The notes below the pieces were generated by a model. It worked only from the letters and a program-made list of their open reading frames with translations, did not search any database and was not told where the DNA came from. Both the position numbers and the translations under genes were made by a program. Shown here piece by piece: positions 40,771 through 53,834 of a stretch of DNA of 64,000 bases; the first letter of the stretch is position 1; the number at the start of each line of letters is the position of its first letter. Source of the DNA: Octopus sinensis (Eukaryota). Location of the stretch: contig NC_043010.1 in assembly GCF_006345805.1 (NCBI RefSeq), forward strand, positions 53,816,001 to 53,880,000, in the 5' to 3' direction.

Positions 40771-40970
40771 TCAAGGAACTTATGTCGACATCAAAATGCA
40801 CAAAAAACTTTTAGCTGACATTTTAAAATAAACATACAAATTTCCTCACAAGACACGTAGTCTATTCCCTAGGGACGTAGCTTCAACCGTGTTCATTCTG
40901 ATGTGAATTTGCTACCCAGGTATCGGTTATCTTTCGAATTATCCTTAATAAGATAATTCATTCAACTACT

Positions 40971-41007
<37 letters not shown>

Positions 41008-41519
41008 TCATTACATATTAAATTTTATTAAATTAATTATATTTCACCCTATATCTGTAATGACTATTTTACTCCCCTACGAGAAAACTACGAATCTTTT
41101 TTACGGCAGTACTATTTTGTGACTCACGTGGTACAAATTCTGGAGGGAAATACGAATTCACTTGTCTTATATAAATGTGGATATGCTGATTAGCTTTTAT
41201 ATTTTTCGGTGTCGCTTGATCGAAAACATAGGAGGTAAGTTTTCCTAGCATTTCTAGATTTATAGGGAATATTATGTCGATAAAGGAAATGAGTCTTATG
41301 ATTCTAATCCAGAAACGTACGTCCATAATTAACCGAAGACTGTGTGATTTGATTATTTTTCTTCTTTTTTTTGCCATATGTGAGTTACAAATATTGTCGT
41401 CTGTGGAGATTTATTTTTGTAGTAAAAGGAAATAGTAGTCTTTTGGCTGCTATTTCTAAAATTTTCGGTATGTGGTTAAGCAACTTGTTGCAAAAAACCC
41501 TTATTATTATAATATATAT

Positions 41520-41686
41520 ATACGACAGGCTTTTTCAGTTTCCGTCTACCAAATCCACTCACAAGTCTTTGGTCAGCCCGAGGCTATAGTAGAAGACACT
41601 TTACCAAGGTGCCACGCAGTGAGACTGAACCCGGAACTGTGTAGTTGGTAAGCAAGCTACTTACGACACAGCCACTCCTGCTCCTA
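41520..41686 (-). mobile_element. SINE S1 head fragment
   Basis: tttcagtttccgtctaccaaatccactcacaag...cacagccactcctgctcct. Confidence 0.85.
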
Positions 41687-42189
41687 TATACCTTATTTTG
41701 AACCTCATTTATGTATAAAATACTGCAAGACCACTGATGACGTTGATTTTCCCAGGCTAATCTGTGGCTCTGTCTTATAGAATATTTTATTCTCATGTTA
41801 TGATGTCTCGATTTCTGTTTATTGTAATTGTCACGATGTTGTATGACATTTAAAAAATGATTTATTACGTCTTGTTTTCATTTCGGTGACATCAGCGTTT
41901 TAATTACGTTAACACTATTGCAATTTTCTATTACTTTATTACCGAAGTGAATGCAATGACACTTGTAAGGGTATATAGTGCTCGTCGATAAAGTTCGACA
42001 ACAAATCATTAACTTGAATAGTATTTTAATTATGAAGAATAGTAATGTATCCCAAAACACTGAAATCTATTAAACATTTAAATATACTTGATCTGGCAGT
42101 AATAACAGGTATATATAATAAATTGTCGGCCGGGCTAAAACTTAGAAAACCAAGACCTACCTGTGTATGTGGGAGAGACATATTGTGTA

Positions 42190-42263
<74 letters not shown>

Positions 42264-42268
<5 letters not shown>

Positions 42269-42443
42269 ATTTTAGGGTATCTAAGAAATACCACCACGCT
42301 GGCAATAACAGCCAAATCTTGATTCTGAAAGCACATTAAAGGTTCTCTCCTAGTGCTGTATGAACATTTAATGTGGTTTCAGACTCAAGTATTGGCTGTT
42401 ATTTCCAGCGTGGTGGTATCTTTTAGATACCCTAAATTATAAT
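42264..42443. mobile_element. MITE-like palindrome (~77-bp imperfect arms, 26-nt spacer)
   Basis: tttagggtatctaagaaataccaccacgctgg...cacattaaa pairs with tttaatgtgg...ccagcgtggtggtatcttttagataccctaaa. Confidence 0.75.
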
Positions 42444-43174
42444 TTTAATAATAATAATTACCTTTGAAGGTTTTTATTCTCATGCTGGCCACTTGATAAG
42501 ATCGATATTTAAATTAATGATCTTATCCTTATATATATATATATATATTTAACTGAACTTGTAATACTACTGTCTTTGAGAGAAATTGGCTGAGGGTTCT
42601 ATAGTCACTTTTATCCTGGACGTGATAATTATACGTCGTCAATTGCGTAGCGTAACAAAGTTGGGTAGTTCATTTACAAGAAAGATCCATCTTAATGTAT
42701 TTCACAGTATTTTCTTTTACAAAATTGTTATCATAAATTATATATATCACTAAGAAGAAACAAAAATTTGGCACTATAACTTTTGAGGACGACGGATCCA
42801 CTTCATCCAACCAACCGTACAGCCTGACGAATTTAGCGTGCCAGTCGACGAGCAGTCAACAGACACCTAGTTCATAATGCAGTTTTGAAGGAAAATACGC
42901 TTGACAATGAATGCGATGAAACTGGCATTATAAAATACCGTTACTGCACATTTTTGGCCACTGTGGCCACAAGCGTAACGTGAAATAAAGTGCCTTGTCG
43001 CCGGAAATCGATTTCCTGATGTTAGGATCACTAGCTGAATACTCTAATCCCTAAGCTTTGACTATCCGAAGTAAAAGAACGAAGCGGATTGGCAATAAGG
43101 TAGGCCATGTGTTTGAAAAGCAGATTTAACGATTCTATCACGCTACATGTCTATTTCAATACACACATACACTC

Positions 43175-43254
<80 letters not shown>

Positions 43255-43314
43255 TGTATATGTTTGTATGATGATTATGTTTTGAGACAAGTTATGTACA
43301 AACACAAAATGTGC

Positions 43315-43355
<41 letters not shown>

Positions 43356-43361
43356 TATCTT

Positions 43362-43550
43362 TATTTCAGTCATTTGAATACAACCATGCTGGAGCACCGC
43401 CTTTAGTCGAACAAATCGATCGCATGACTTAATCTTTGTAAGCCCAGCACTTATTCTATCGGTCGCTTTTGCCTAACCGCTAAGTTACGGTGATGTAAAA
43501 ACGCCAACACCGGTTGCCAAGTGATGGTAGGTAACAAATACAGACACATA

Positions 43551-43589
<39 letters not shown>

Positions 43590-43710
43590 GACGGGCTTCT
43601 TTCAGTTTCCGTCTACCAAATCCACTCACAAGGCTTTGGTTGGCTCGGAGCTATAGTAGAAGATAGTTGCCCATGGTACTACGCAGTGGGACTGATCCTG
43701 GAACCATGAG
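43362..43710 (-). mobile_element. SINE family S1
   Basis: Reverse complement of the S1 consensus with internal (TA)n. Confidence 0.85.
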
Positions 43711-43894
43711 GTTGTGTGTGTGTGTGTGAATATATATATGATACTCTAACGCATATTTTTCCATCTTTTACTTCTTTCAGTTATTAAACGATGGTCGTGC
43801 TGGCCAGTACTAAGACTAGTACATATTCTTACGTTCTCTTTTGGTTAAACGACAGAATTATGAGTTCGTAAAAAGCAAACACCGGTTGTCGAAG

Positions 43895-44060
43895 AGGTCG
43901 TGTAGGACAAACACAAACACATGCGTGTATACATATATGATGTTCTTATCGTTTAATCTACAGCCTGGAGCTATAGCAAAAGACACGAAAATGCCATGCA
44001 GTGGGACTGAACCAGCAACCATGTGGTTGGAGAGTAACCTCCTTACCACACTGCTACACC
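43895..44060 (-). mobile_element. SINE S1, internally deleted and degenerate
   Basis: gcagtgggactgaaccagcaaccatgtggttg...cttaccacac. Confidence 0.7.
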
Positions 44061-44789
44061 TGCACCGCCAGCTAACAGCATGGCATCTATACTTAATTAC
44101 ACATTCGCACGCACTTAGTGAAATGTTTATCTTACGCCGTCCCAGTTCTTATGCATTTGCAATAAAGTTTTTATTAGCATTTCGCCGATGTGCCACATAA
44201 AAATAAACCGCTATTCTATTTTAAAATTTCCTTATTTACATTATTTACTTCAACAGAATCGTTTCGAAAACTAAAACTCGTTATGACTAATTAATTAATA
44301 AAAAAAAAAATATTTGCTAAATATTAGTTCCATCTCCTATAAAACAAAATCTCATAAACTATCTAATATTTGTTCTTTCCACAAATATATCAAATATTTC
44401 CAAAAAATAAATTTTAAAAACGAAAAACAAAAACGTCAACTTTGTGCGTAAAATAAATAAAATTATTACAGCGATTAAGCTATTAATGTAACAAACAGGG
44501 GTAATAAGCAGAATGAAAGCATATTACTTTGATTGAAAACCATTCCCATTTAATAAATTAAGGGAAGTAGCTTATTTTTATTTCCCACGAAAATCTAGCC
44601 ATTAGTATCTAATGTATAAAATCTTTACCAACAGCTCCAGCATTGATTTCGTATGATTTTCTTCTCTTTTTATGTCCATGCAAAACATTTTTCTTCTATC
44701 AAATTACATTTTATTCCTCTTAGCTGGCCATGGTATTAAATCTCACAGCTTTTATTGTAATTTTGTAACTTGCCATATAATTTTTGCCT

Positions 44790-44844
44790 GTATGTGCATG
44801 TATATATATATGTATGTATATATGTATGTATCTATATATGTATG

Positions 44845-44880
<36 letters not shown>

Positions 44881-45135
44881 TGTATGTATGTATATATATA
44901 TATATGTATATATATATATGTATGTATGTATATATATATGTATGTATATATATATGTATGTATGTATATATATATATGTATATATATATGTATGTATGTA
45001 TATATATATGTATGTATGTATATATATATGTATGTATATATATATGTATGTATATATATATATGCATGTATGTATGTATATATATATGTATGTATATATA
45101 TATGCATAAATATATATGTATGTATATATATATAT
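44790..45135. repeat. (TATG)/(TA) compound microsatellite
   Basis: Visible array. Confidence 0.95.
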
Positions 45136-45667
45136 GTACGGTATTATATTATATTTTTCTTTCAATAAATTTGTTTTTTTCTTGCTTTTCATATTATTTT
45201 TTGTAATTTTCACTTTTGTCTTTATTAAATTTAAGTTTTTTTTTTTTTTACTGACCAGGTTTTAATAATGTTTTATTAGTAGAACTAAATGCGAGGAAAT
45301 CGAATATCAGAAATTATGATGCAAGCATTATAAGGAAGTAAATCGAATATCAGAAATTATGGTGCAAGCATTCTTAAAGCAAGTGGTTGAGTTTACAGCA
45401 TCTCCCTGCGGGTGTTGAAAAATGTAATTATTTTTTTATTTCCATATTTTATTTCTCTTTCATTTATTTAATTATTTATTTCCTCTTGAAAACTGTAAAA
45501 TTTTAGATCTTAAATATACAATCTTAAATAGCATCAGGAATTCTTTAATCGATCACAGTTTTGCATTCGACTCCACGCATAATTCTTTCAAAACTCCCCT
45601 GATTGAAATACATAAACCTTAAGGTTGTTCTTCCTATAATACTACGATTCTATTTAGTCTCTATACC

Positions 45668-46170
45668 CGCTTCTGGCCAAGAGGGCTTAGAAATAATTTC
45701 TACTATATTTCATTAAGATTTGCCACAAATGCATTACAAAGAGTAGCTTGCGGGCTGGACATATATTGATGAGGTGACTGATGAAACAAGCATAGTATTG
45801 ATGAAAGAAGGCAAAAAATGCCCGCCGATTTTCTTCTTCTTTAAAACATTGTTCTTCTTTTTTCCAACAGAATAAACTAAACGAGGTATTGAACCTCTCA
45901 CGACAGTTTTTACAATTATTGGAGTTGATGATAGTCCATTACAAATAATAACATCCGCTTCCAGCCGTAAGGTCTAAGAAATATTTTCTACTATATTTCA
46001 TTAAGATTTGCCATAAAGACATTACAAAGAGTAGCTTGCAGGCTGGACATATATATTGACGAGGTGAATGATGAACGAAGAATGATATTGATGAGAGAAG
46101 GCAAAAAAAAACCGCCCGTCAATTATTGGGCTTAATAGTCCATTGCTAATAATAACATGCAATAACATAC
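45668..46170. repeat. Diverged ~290-bp tandem duplication
   Basis: ctactatatttcattaagatttgcca...cattacaaagagtagcttgc.ggctggacatatat occurs at ~45700 and ~45989. Confidence 0.85.
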
Positions 46171-46625
46171 AATAAGATATTTAACATACAATCAACACTA
46201 GTCCATTTGATAATGAGGCGCTGAGCCGCTTACAAAACTATTTTCTACTAGTTAAGGTGTTTATGTTGGACACAAAATAATACCCGATTTCGTTTTGTTT
46301 TTGTATGTTGGACAGTAAAGTTTATTTCAATTTATTAAGGTGTTTGTGTATGGTGAATTATAAAACTGTTAACTTTTTGTTTTTTACTTATATAAGGCAT
46401 TAGACTACAACCAAGATGGCTGCTGCCTTGATGGATTTCATCGGAAAAACAACGCAAATACATAATTATTGTTTTCTTTCGTCGAAGCGCTAGGTAATTG
46501 GGACGTAAAATGCTACTAACGGTTGTCAAGTGTTGGTGGACAATATGCAGAAAGACAAACGCACGCGCACACACTCTCACGCACACACACACACATATTC
46601 ATTTACATACATGTAATGTTAAAAA

Positions 46626-46905
46626 TGTGGAGGCACATGGCCTAGTGGTTAGAGCAGCGGACTCGCAGACGAGGGGTCACGGGTTCGAATCTCAGATTGG
46701 GCGATGTGCTTTTTTTATAAGCGAAATACCTAAGCTCCACGCGGCTCCGACAAAAGGTAATGGCGACCTTCTGCTGACTCTTTCGCCACAACTTTCTCTC
46801 AATCGTTCCTCCTGCATCTTGCAGCTTACCTGTGACGGAGCGGCGTCTCGTCCAGGTGGGAAACCTATACACCAAGGAAACCGGGAAACCGCCCCGTGAG
46901 CCAGA
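46626..46905 (+). mobile_element. tRNA-derived SINE (head B + body B + tail Z)
   Basis: tggcctagtgg and gggttcgaatct boxes, cctaagctccacgcggctccg body. Tail shared with 52615. Confidence 0.85.
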
Positions 46906-47989
46906 CATTTTTGCAATGGTTTGAATTTGGTTTGTATTTTACAATGAATAAAAATTCTTTATTGACAATTTTGTTTCTGTCAAATTTTCTGCACATCGAT
47001 ATAGAGGAAAAAGTTTATATTTGGTTGCTGATTTCCTGCACATCTATCTAAATGCTCACTGAATCTAATTTTTCCATTGTTCAATTACGTACATTCTGTC
47101 AGTGAAGCGATATACGTATATTAAGCTACAGGCAAAATTATCAAACGTAAATCTATTCACACGCACAGCATGTAATGGAATAAATTTTTGTTTTCTGAAA
47201 GGCAGTATTACTATTTAATTCAAAAATTTGCCTATTTTTCAAGTGGAACACAAAGCCTTCAGATGCATCGATATGAATTCTACAATTTGATCTTCCGTAT
47301 CTTTGAACTCTCGAGTGTTTTTAAATGATCGTGTGTAATATGGCTGTTGTTAACATTATGTTTATGAATGTTGTTCTTCACTTTAAATGTTGATTTTGAA
47401 TTTCTAGGATCCTTCTCACTTTTTAACTGATATAAATGTTGCTAAATTTTCATTACAGGCCTTTTTTGCGTTATATGTACATCTTTAACGAATAATTCAG
47501 CGTTTTTGTAACAATATGTAATCAAAATGGTTGAAAATCAAAGGTTACATTTAAACTATTTAGAGTCCGTGATTATTATGAAAAACTCCAGCCAGCAGTT
47601 ATTGAAAAATCAAAAGTCAACACGAATAATTATTCGGTTCCTACATTTTCCCAACGTTCATTTCAATAAATTGTATTTATAAAGGAAATATAAACAAATA
47701 GAGGGTGAAAGAGAAAGAAATGAGTGACTTGATACGTGGATATTTGGCTAAGAGCTCGCGCATATGCAGGCGTATGCGCGCTTGCATTACATTAAAAAAA
47801 ATTACAAACACCACTCCTAGGACACATTCATACAGAGGGAAATGTAAAGAGGACTTGATGAAAATCTTCAAAAATAAAATTAATGTAACTGAAATTTTCC
47901 ATATCCAAAACAAGTGTAATTAATGAATTTGACAGAGAGATATGAATGAAATTTATGAGCTACAATTTTTGTAGAACCATGTATAGCAT

Positions 47990-48965
47990 TCATATTAAAT
48001 CGTATATTGTGGATGTTTTTACAGCCCTGCTCACCTTTGGTTTGTATTTTTTAATAAACGAATCTTATGAAGTGGCGTTTGGTTTCAATTATTGTTTTCA
48101 CATTGGTAACATAGGAACACAAGGAATTTAGGAGATTTTCCTTTTTGCGCATGTGTACAAACTTCACAGTATTCGACTTGTCTACTCTTGGAATTTCACA
48201 TTCCGTTGTCCATGCATTGCTAACATCATGCTTAAGGCGAGATTTTGCTTGTCCATAACCATCGCCGCTTCCAGTGCAATTGATGGTATCTAAAAGAGGC
48301 TTTTTAGAAAAGGAAGTGGTTCGTCACAGCATGTGTCCTCAATAACATCGGCACAACTTCTGCAATTGGAGTGGCCACACTTCTTAACTGCATGCGTTGT
48401 GTCCGTAGTTGTTGGTTTGTTGCATGTAATTTGTTCTTAAGGACTTGGGGGGGGGTGTTTTGCATTTGATCATTTTGCATGATTCACATGATTTTTCCGT
48501 GCTTGGGTTTTGGCTCAATAATGGTAATTGCTGACTTTTCTGATGGAAAATGATATACATTTCTGTGATTCTTTGGTTGTGTGTCGTAACTAAAGATAAA
48601 GATTTTCATATATCTGATCTGCTTTTGGCTTTTCGTAATTCATCAGAACCTTTTGCTTTCTATTCCATTTCTTATAAGATTGGAATGGTAATGGGTAAAT
48701 TCTTTCAAGTAGTGCTTCGTTTAATCTCAGGAGATATTTATTCTGAATTACAGGGTTGGAGGCAATTGTTCGAAAACTTCTAGTTAGGTTAGGCGGAATA
48801 TAAGAATTGGTATGTTTTAAATGTCATGATGTACAAAGTAAGTACTCTTAAGAGTCAGTTTGTTGGTAGCAGACGTCGATTTCTCTGATTTTGCCATCCT
48901 TTGTAATCAGGTTATGTAGAAAGTGTTGTTGGTTGTGAGTATATTCCACTGAGAGGTGAATACTG
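47990..48965 (-). mobile_element. Second, highly decayed Penelope-like element (RT thumb + Cys linker + GIY-YIG)
   Basis: Minus frames: EYTHNQQHFLHNLITKDG...YQQTDS*EYLL...HTNSYIPPNLTRSFRTIAS, VKKCGHSNCRSCADVI, DTINCTG...GQAK. These are colinear with the PLE at 22-25 kb. Confidence 0.75.
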
Positions 48966-49127
48966 GTATTGATCCTGTAGGGTAGAAACGTAAAATCATT
49001 GAGTTATGGAGACTGTGTTTATTTAATATGTTTTAATATATTAAATAAACGCAGGCTCCATAAACTCAATATAAATATATATGGAATAATTACTATGAAG
49101 CATTGCGTAGAATATATTGCGTAAAAT

Positions 49128-49447
49128 ATCATGAGTAAGGCCAGAACAATGCGAAGTAAATGCAAAGCAAATCCAAGAAAAAAATATGTGAATTAATGTA
49201 GATTTACCTTACTTTCAATATTTCGGGGTTATGACCCCATTTTCAAAAAATTATCGAATGTTATCGATGTCCTCGCGCGCACACACCAACATACACACTC
49301 GTACATAGAAAACATTCGGTAATTTCTTGAAAATGGGGTCATAACCCCGAAATATTGAATGCAAGTTAAGTCTATATTAATTCATATATTTCCTTTCTTG
49401 GGATTTGCTTTGCATTTACTTCGCATTTATCTGGCCTTACCCATGAT
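49128..49447. repeat. Inverted pseudo-LTR pair (~125-bp arms) just upstream of PLE 2, with a hammerhead-like motif in each arm
   Basis: 49128-49253 is the imperfect reverse complement of 49320-49447. TTGAAAA t GGGGT cata ACCCC GAAAT ATT occurs at 49213-49250 (-) and 49324-49359 (+). Confidence 0.85.
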
Positions 49448-49464
49448 CCTTTATATAATATATA

Positions 49465-49800
49465 TAAGGCGCAGGCTGTCTGTTTTGTGAGAAGATTGCT
49501 TCTCAACTACATCGCTTCGTTTTCAGAAGCACTGCTTGGCACCTTTGGTGGGTGTTTTATACTATAGCCTCGGGCCGACCACAACCTTGCCTTTGGATTT
49601 GGGAGACGGAAACTAAAAGAAGCCCGTCATATATGTATGTGTGTGTGTCTTTATGTCTTTGTCTACTCCCCCCCATCACCACTTGACAAGCATTGTTGGT
49701 GTGTGTACGTCCACGTAATCTTGCGGTTCGTAAAGGAGACCCGAGTGAGTTAGTACTAATCTTACGAAATAAGCCCCGGGATCGATTTGTTTGACTACAA
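49465..49800 (+). mobile_element. SINE family S1, degenerate
   Basis: actatagcctcgggccgacc...gacggaaactaaaagaagcccgtc. Confidence 0.8.
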
Positions 49801-49869
49801 CCCTTCAAGTATAAATGAATAAAACTAAAAACCAAAGAAAAGTATATATATATATATATATATATATAT

Positions 49870-50085
49870 TCCCTTCGATACGTAGCCTAGATGAAAAAGG
49901 GACAACTGAAGAAAGGGAATATTCATTATGTTGTATGTCACGTTTCTCTGTTTATTATTTTTTTTTCGTTGTTCGAAAAAAGTTCGTTTCCATTTTTTGT
50001 TTATATGTTTTCATTTCTCATTGTGTTCAACGTTTTTTTGATATCGTTTGGCCATATATACCTGTGTATATATTACATATATATG
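49870..50085 (+). repeat. Interspersed repeat (possible PLE pseudo-LTR), homologous to 25565-25685
   Basis: Shared ~120-bp segment in the opposite orientation, flanked by (TA)n. Confidence 0.7.
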
Positions 50086-50123
50086 TAGGTATGTACATAT
50101 TGTATGTATATATGCATATATTG

Positions 50124-50155
<32 letters not shown>

Positions 50156-50222
50156 TAAAATATATGTATATATATATATATATCTATATGTAGTATAATT
50201 ATATATGTATGTATAATATATG

Positions 50223-50254
<32 letters not shown>

Positions 50255-51552
50255 GTTATATATATATATATATATAATAATATATATAAATATGTATATA
50301 TATATATATATAATATACACATACATATATATATATATGTGTGGTTGTATGAAATTAAATAAATAAATATATATAGGAATGTCGAAGAAAAAAGTAAATC
50401 GCTTCATATTTGCTGAAGATTTTCTTTCTTGAGGCATTCTATATCTTATAATAGAAATGTATATTCACCAGAATTGAAAAATCTTGGAAAAGTGGAGTAT
50501 GTGAGGTCACAATAAGAAAAGCTTGGGGAGAATTTAAAATGTAAATAGCGTAGCGACAGTAAATGAAAAAAAAAATACATGAAGAGCGACAAAAAGAAAG
50601 GTACCTCTGAGAAAAAAAAAAAAATTCTATCCAGTAGAGGACAAAGAAAAATGGTGGCAGCTGATATCTCGAAAACTGTTAAGGCTTAGTTGAATAGACG
50701 TACTGAAGTTAACAAGAGAAACGAGGGGACCAGAAATGAAATACCTAGGTTACAAAAATCAGTAAACATTATAATATATACTTAGAATACATCACATGTC
50801 TAATATACAACAGAAATCAGTTGTATTTTGTGTGTTGGTGTCACGTTTTCTGTTATGCTGATATTTGTGATTTCACTCCGTTTTTATATATACTCTGAGC
50901 AAAGGTTTGTACACAATTCTGACAAAATAATATAAAAAAATTAACTTCCTTCCATTACCAATTCGGTTGGCTGGTGATCTTCTCTTCTCTCATATTATAC
51001 ACACACACACACATACGTACACACACACAGAAACGCAAGCACACACGGTATTCACTCACAAATTTTATTGTTTTATTTGCCTCGACATTTAGCGACGTCA
51101 GAAAAGAACTGGTCCACTATTTGAAGTTCCCTCGAAATATATAAACATTCTTATAAGACCATCCTTATATGCTTGTTGTTCCAAAACCTGTTTTAGTCTT
51201 TTTGTCTCTCTATAAATGTGAACTACACACTCACTCACACACAAACACACACACACACATAACCTCGTTTCCATCTCGTTTCAAACGGAGAGCCTCCAGT
51301 CAATGTACTATTTGTCTATTTTTTTATTATTTCTAATACCGTTACAGTTTTGTGAGGAATACTTTATTCACTTCAAGCGAAAAGCAAGAAGACCGGAATA
51401 ATCCTGAAGTTTATGCCTTTCTGTACGTGTTGAATGATGGTGAATTGGCTTTTCGATGTGAAAAGTAGGACCTGAGTATAAAATATCTGGCATAAATAGA
51501 CGTAACCTCTGTTCCTCTTCCTTTTTCCGTGTGTGTACATACATACATACAT

Positions 51553-51590
<38 letters not shown>

Positions 51591-51614
51591 GTATACATAT
51601 ATATATATATTATA

Positions 51615-51658
<44 letters not shown>

Positions 51659-51807
51659 TATATAATATAATATATATATATATATACACATGCATACATA
51701 TATACACATGTATACATATGTGTACATATATATACACATGCATACATATATACACATGTATACATATGTGTACATATATATATACATACATATATATGTG
51801 TGTACAC

Positions 51808-51859
<52 letters not shown>

Positions 51860-51879
51860 GTGTGTGTGTGTGCGTGCGA

Positions 51880-52070
51880 ATGGGAATGCCACACGATCCC
51901 CAGATGGTGGGTTCGATTCCCACCCACAGCGTTTGGCACGTAGTATTCTTGAGCAAAACACTTCATTTCACGTCGCTTCCGTCCCCATTTTACTCCAAAC
52001 CGGCAAAAATAAACAACCCTGCATTGGGCAGTCGTCCCATCCAGAGCGTAGGATAACTCACAGGCTCCGT
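51880..52070 (+). mobile_element. Degenerate tRNA-derived SINE with CORE-like segment
   Basis: gggttcgattccc (B box), then ttcttgagcaaaacacttcatttcacgt. Confidence 0.65.
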
Positions 52071-52384
52071 GAAACCATACTTAATAACCTATAACACGAG
52101 AAGTGTGTAAATCATATATGATACAAGAAATTACATATGATAAACCTCCAGGCATCCTGACATATTTATTTTCAAAGAAATTTGCATCTATGCAGGCACT
52201 ATGCATTTAAGAGAATTCCTGTCAGTACAGTATATTTTAAAATATTGTCATTAGTCAGATTATTTTTTCTTATCTCGCAGGGTGTTCATAGTTTTCTTAT
52301 AGTTTCTATATGTAAGCACAAGTGTAAGCTTAGTCGTAAGAATCTGGTTTCTCACCTAAGTGGTTCTGGAATCAGTCTCATGAT

Positions 52385-52590
52385 GTGTCACCCTGGCAAG
52401 CGTCTTCTAATATCGCCCCGGGCCGACCGAAATCTTGTGAGTGGATTCCGTATATGTGCCTGTGTGTATGTGCGTATATCTGTGTGTGAGTGTGTGTGTG
52501 TGCGTGTGTGACTTTGTGTATGTGTTTGTCCTCTCTCCACCATTTGACAATTAGTGTTGCTGTGTTTGAGTCCCTGTAACTTCGTCCTTT
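52385..52590 (+). mobile_element. SINE S1, degenerate
   Basis: ctggcaagcgtcttc...gggccgaccgaaatcttgtgagtggatt. Confidence 0.7.
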
Positions 52591-52614
52591 GTAAAGTCAG
52601 AGGGAAACCAACTC

Positions 52615-52885
52615 GAGAACGTGTAGAATCTGTTTGTTTGTTCCTTCTCGAGCCACGCCTGGTTCATTAGGGCCGGTTTCCCGGTTTCCTTACCGCATAG
52701 GTTCCCCACCTGGACTGGACGCCGGTCCGTCGCAGGTGAGCTGCAAAAATGCAGGAGGAAAGAGTGAGAGAAAGTTGTGGCGAAAGAATCAACAGAGGTT
52801 CACCATTATCTTCTACCGGAACCGCGTGGAGCTTAGGTGTTTCGCTCGTAAACACACACACCACCCGGTCTGAGATTCGAACGTA
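52615..52885 (-). mobile_element. tRNA-derived SINE (body B + tail Z), head clipped
   Basis: Reverse complement of 46680-46900. Confidence 0.8.
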
Positions 52886-53604
52886 GAATATGTAGGATAA
52901 TTAACAGGCTTACAAAAGAAAATAATTATTGTGGTTCATTATTTTTTCGACTAAACCTTTCACAGAAGTCTCCAATCATGGTCGGAATCCAAAGACTGAA
53001 GCAAGGGAAAGATGAATATATCGATGTCATTCAACAAAGGATATTTCTGTTAATTAAATTGATAAAATGTCTCATTTTACACATTCCCCGTATTTCAAAT
53101 TTCTTAAAGTTGCATAAATAACAGTCTCGACATCTTATTCACCTGGTAAACAATTTCATTCCCATCTCTCCCCCTTCTCCCAAGGATTGCAAACTTAATA
53201 TTGACAAAAATCCTTTTGTACTGCACTATAATGATTTTGTAAAATTTCTCCTAAAATTTTACATAAATATGTATTTTTCCTTTCCCCTGTAGGCACAAGG
53301 TCTGAAATTTCATTGGACGGGGCGCGTCGAAGACAAATTAACCTCCATGGCATTTGCACTGGCAGCGTAAAAAGCCAAAAGAAATACCGATAAGCATTTA
53401 CAGACACACTAATGATTCTTCTACCTCACCTTTTTGCCATGGCTATTGATTTAGTTTTAGTTCAAACACAATTGGTGAAAGTAAATTTGGAATATTGCTG
53501 ATGTAGCGATTTACTATTTTTTCGTAAGTCCACATTCTATAAACGTGTATTTCACTCTTTCATGCGAAATGGAATTCTAGTGAACAACATTGACAACTGT
53601 CAAC

Positions 53605-53783
53605 TTAGTGCTGCTGTCTGCTACTCAACACTCTCTTAATATCTTCACGTCTTGTAACGTAAAGTGGTTGGATGTCAGTTTTATTGCATAATACGTGATG
53701 TTCCTTTAAATGTTTCCAAGCTCTATAGATTCTAGATGTATTAAGTCCTTCACAAATAGTCCTGTCTCCTATTGGTATAAAGC
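53605..53783 (-). CDS. Candidate terminal exon, (G)FIPIGDRTICEGLNTSRIYRAWKHLKEHHVLCNKTDIQPLYVTRREDIKRVLSSRQQH*, product unknown
   Basis: Acceptor cttaatttcag|G, then 58 open codons of non-repetitive composition ending in TAA. No family recognised. Confidence 0.3.
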
Positions 53784-53834
53784 CTGAAATTAAGTGGTGG
53801 TGGTGGTGGTGGTGGAGTTGGTAAGGCTGGTCAG

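Noticed and set aside
42264-42443. Hammerhead in the 42.3-kb palindrome
   Set aside because: Neither arm contains a CUGANGA/UUGANAA plus GAAA arrangement, so it was kept as MITE-like and excluded from the ribozyme palindrome set.
42735-42878. Short plus-strand open frame KKQKFGTITFEDDGSTSS...
   Set aside because: It is bounded by stops with no ATG or credible splice acceptor.
45760-45810. C/D-box snoRNA (TGATGA motifs; also 10253-10285)
   Set aside because: There is no properly spaced C box/D box pair with a terminal stem and no recognisable rRNA antisense element.
48625-48650. CTGATGA attac GAAA on the minus strand as a hammerhead
   Set aside because: No stem II or NUH-containing stem III can form, and it lies within decayed PLE coding sequence.
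49866-49922. Type II (permuted) hammerhead: atattcccttc GATAC GTA ... CTGAAGA aagggaatat
   Set aside because: GAAAC is mutated, stem I does not pair, and the inverted repeat overlaps the supposed core. It is more simply a short hairpin, though a family consensus could revive it.
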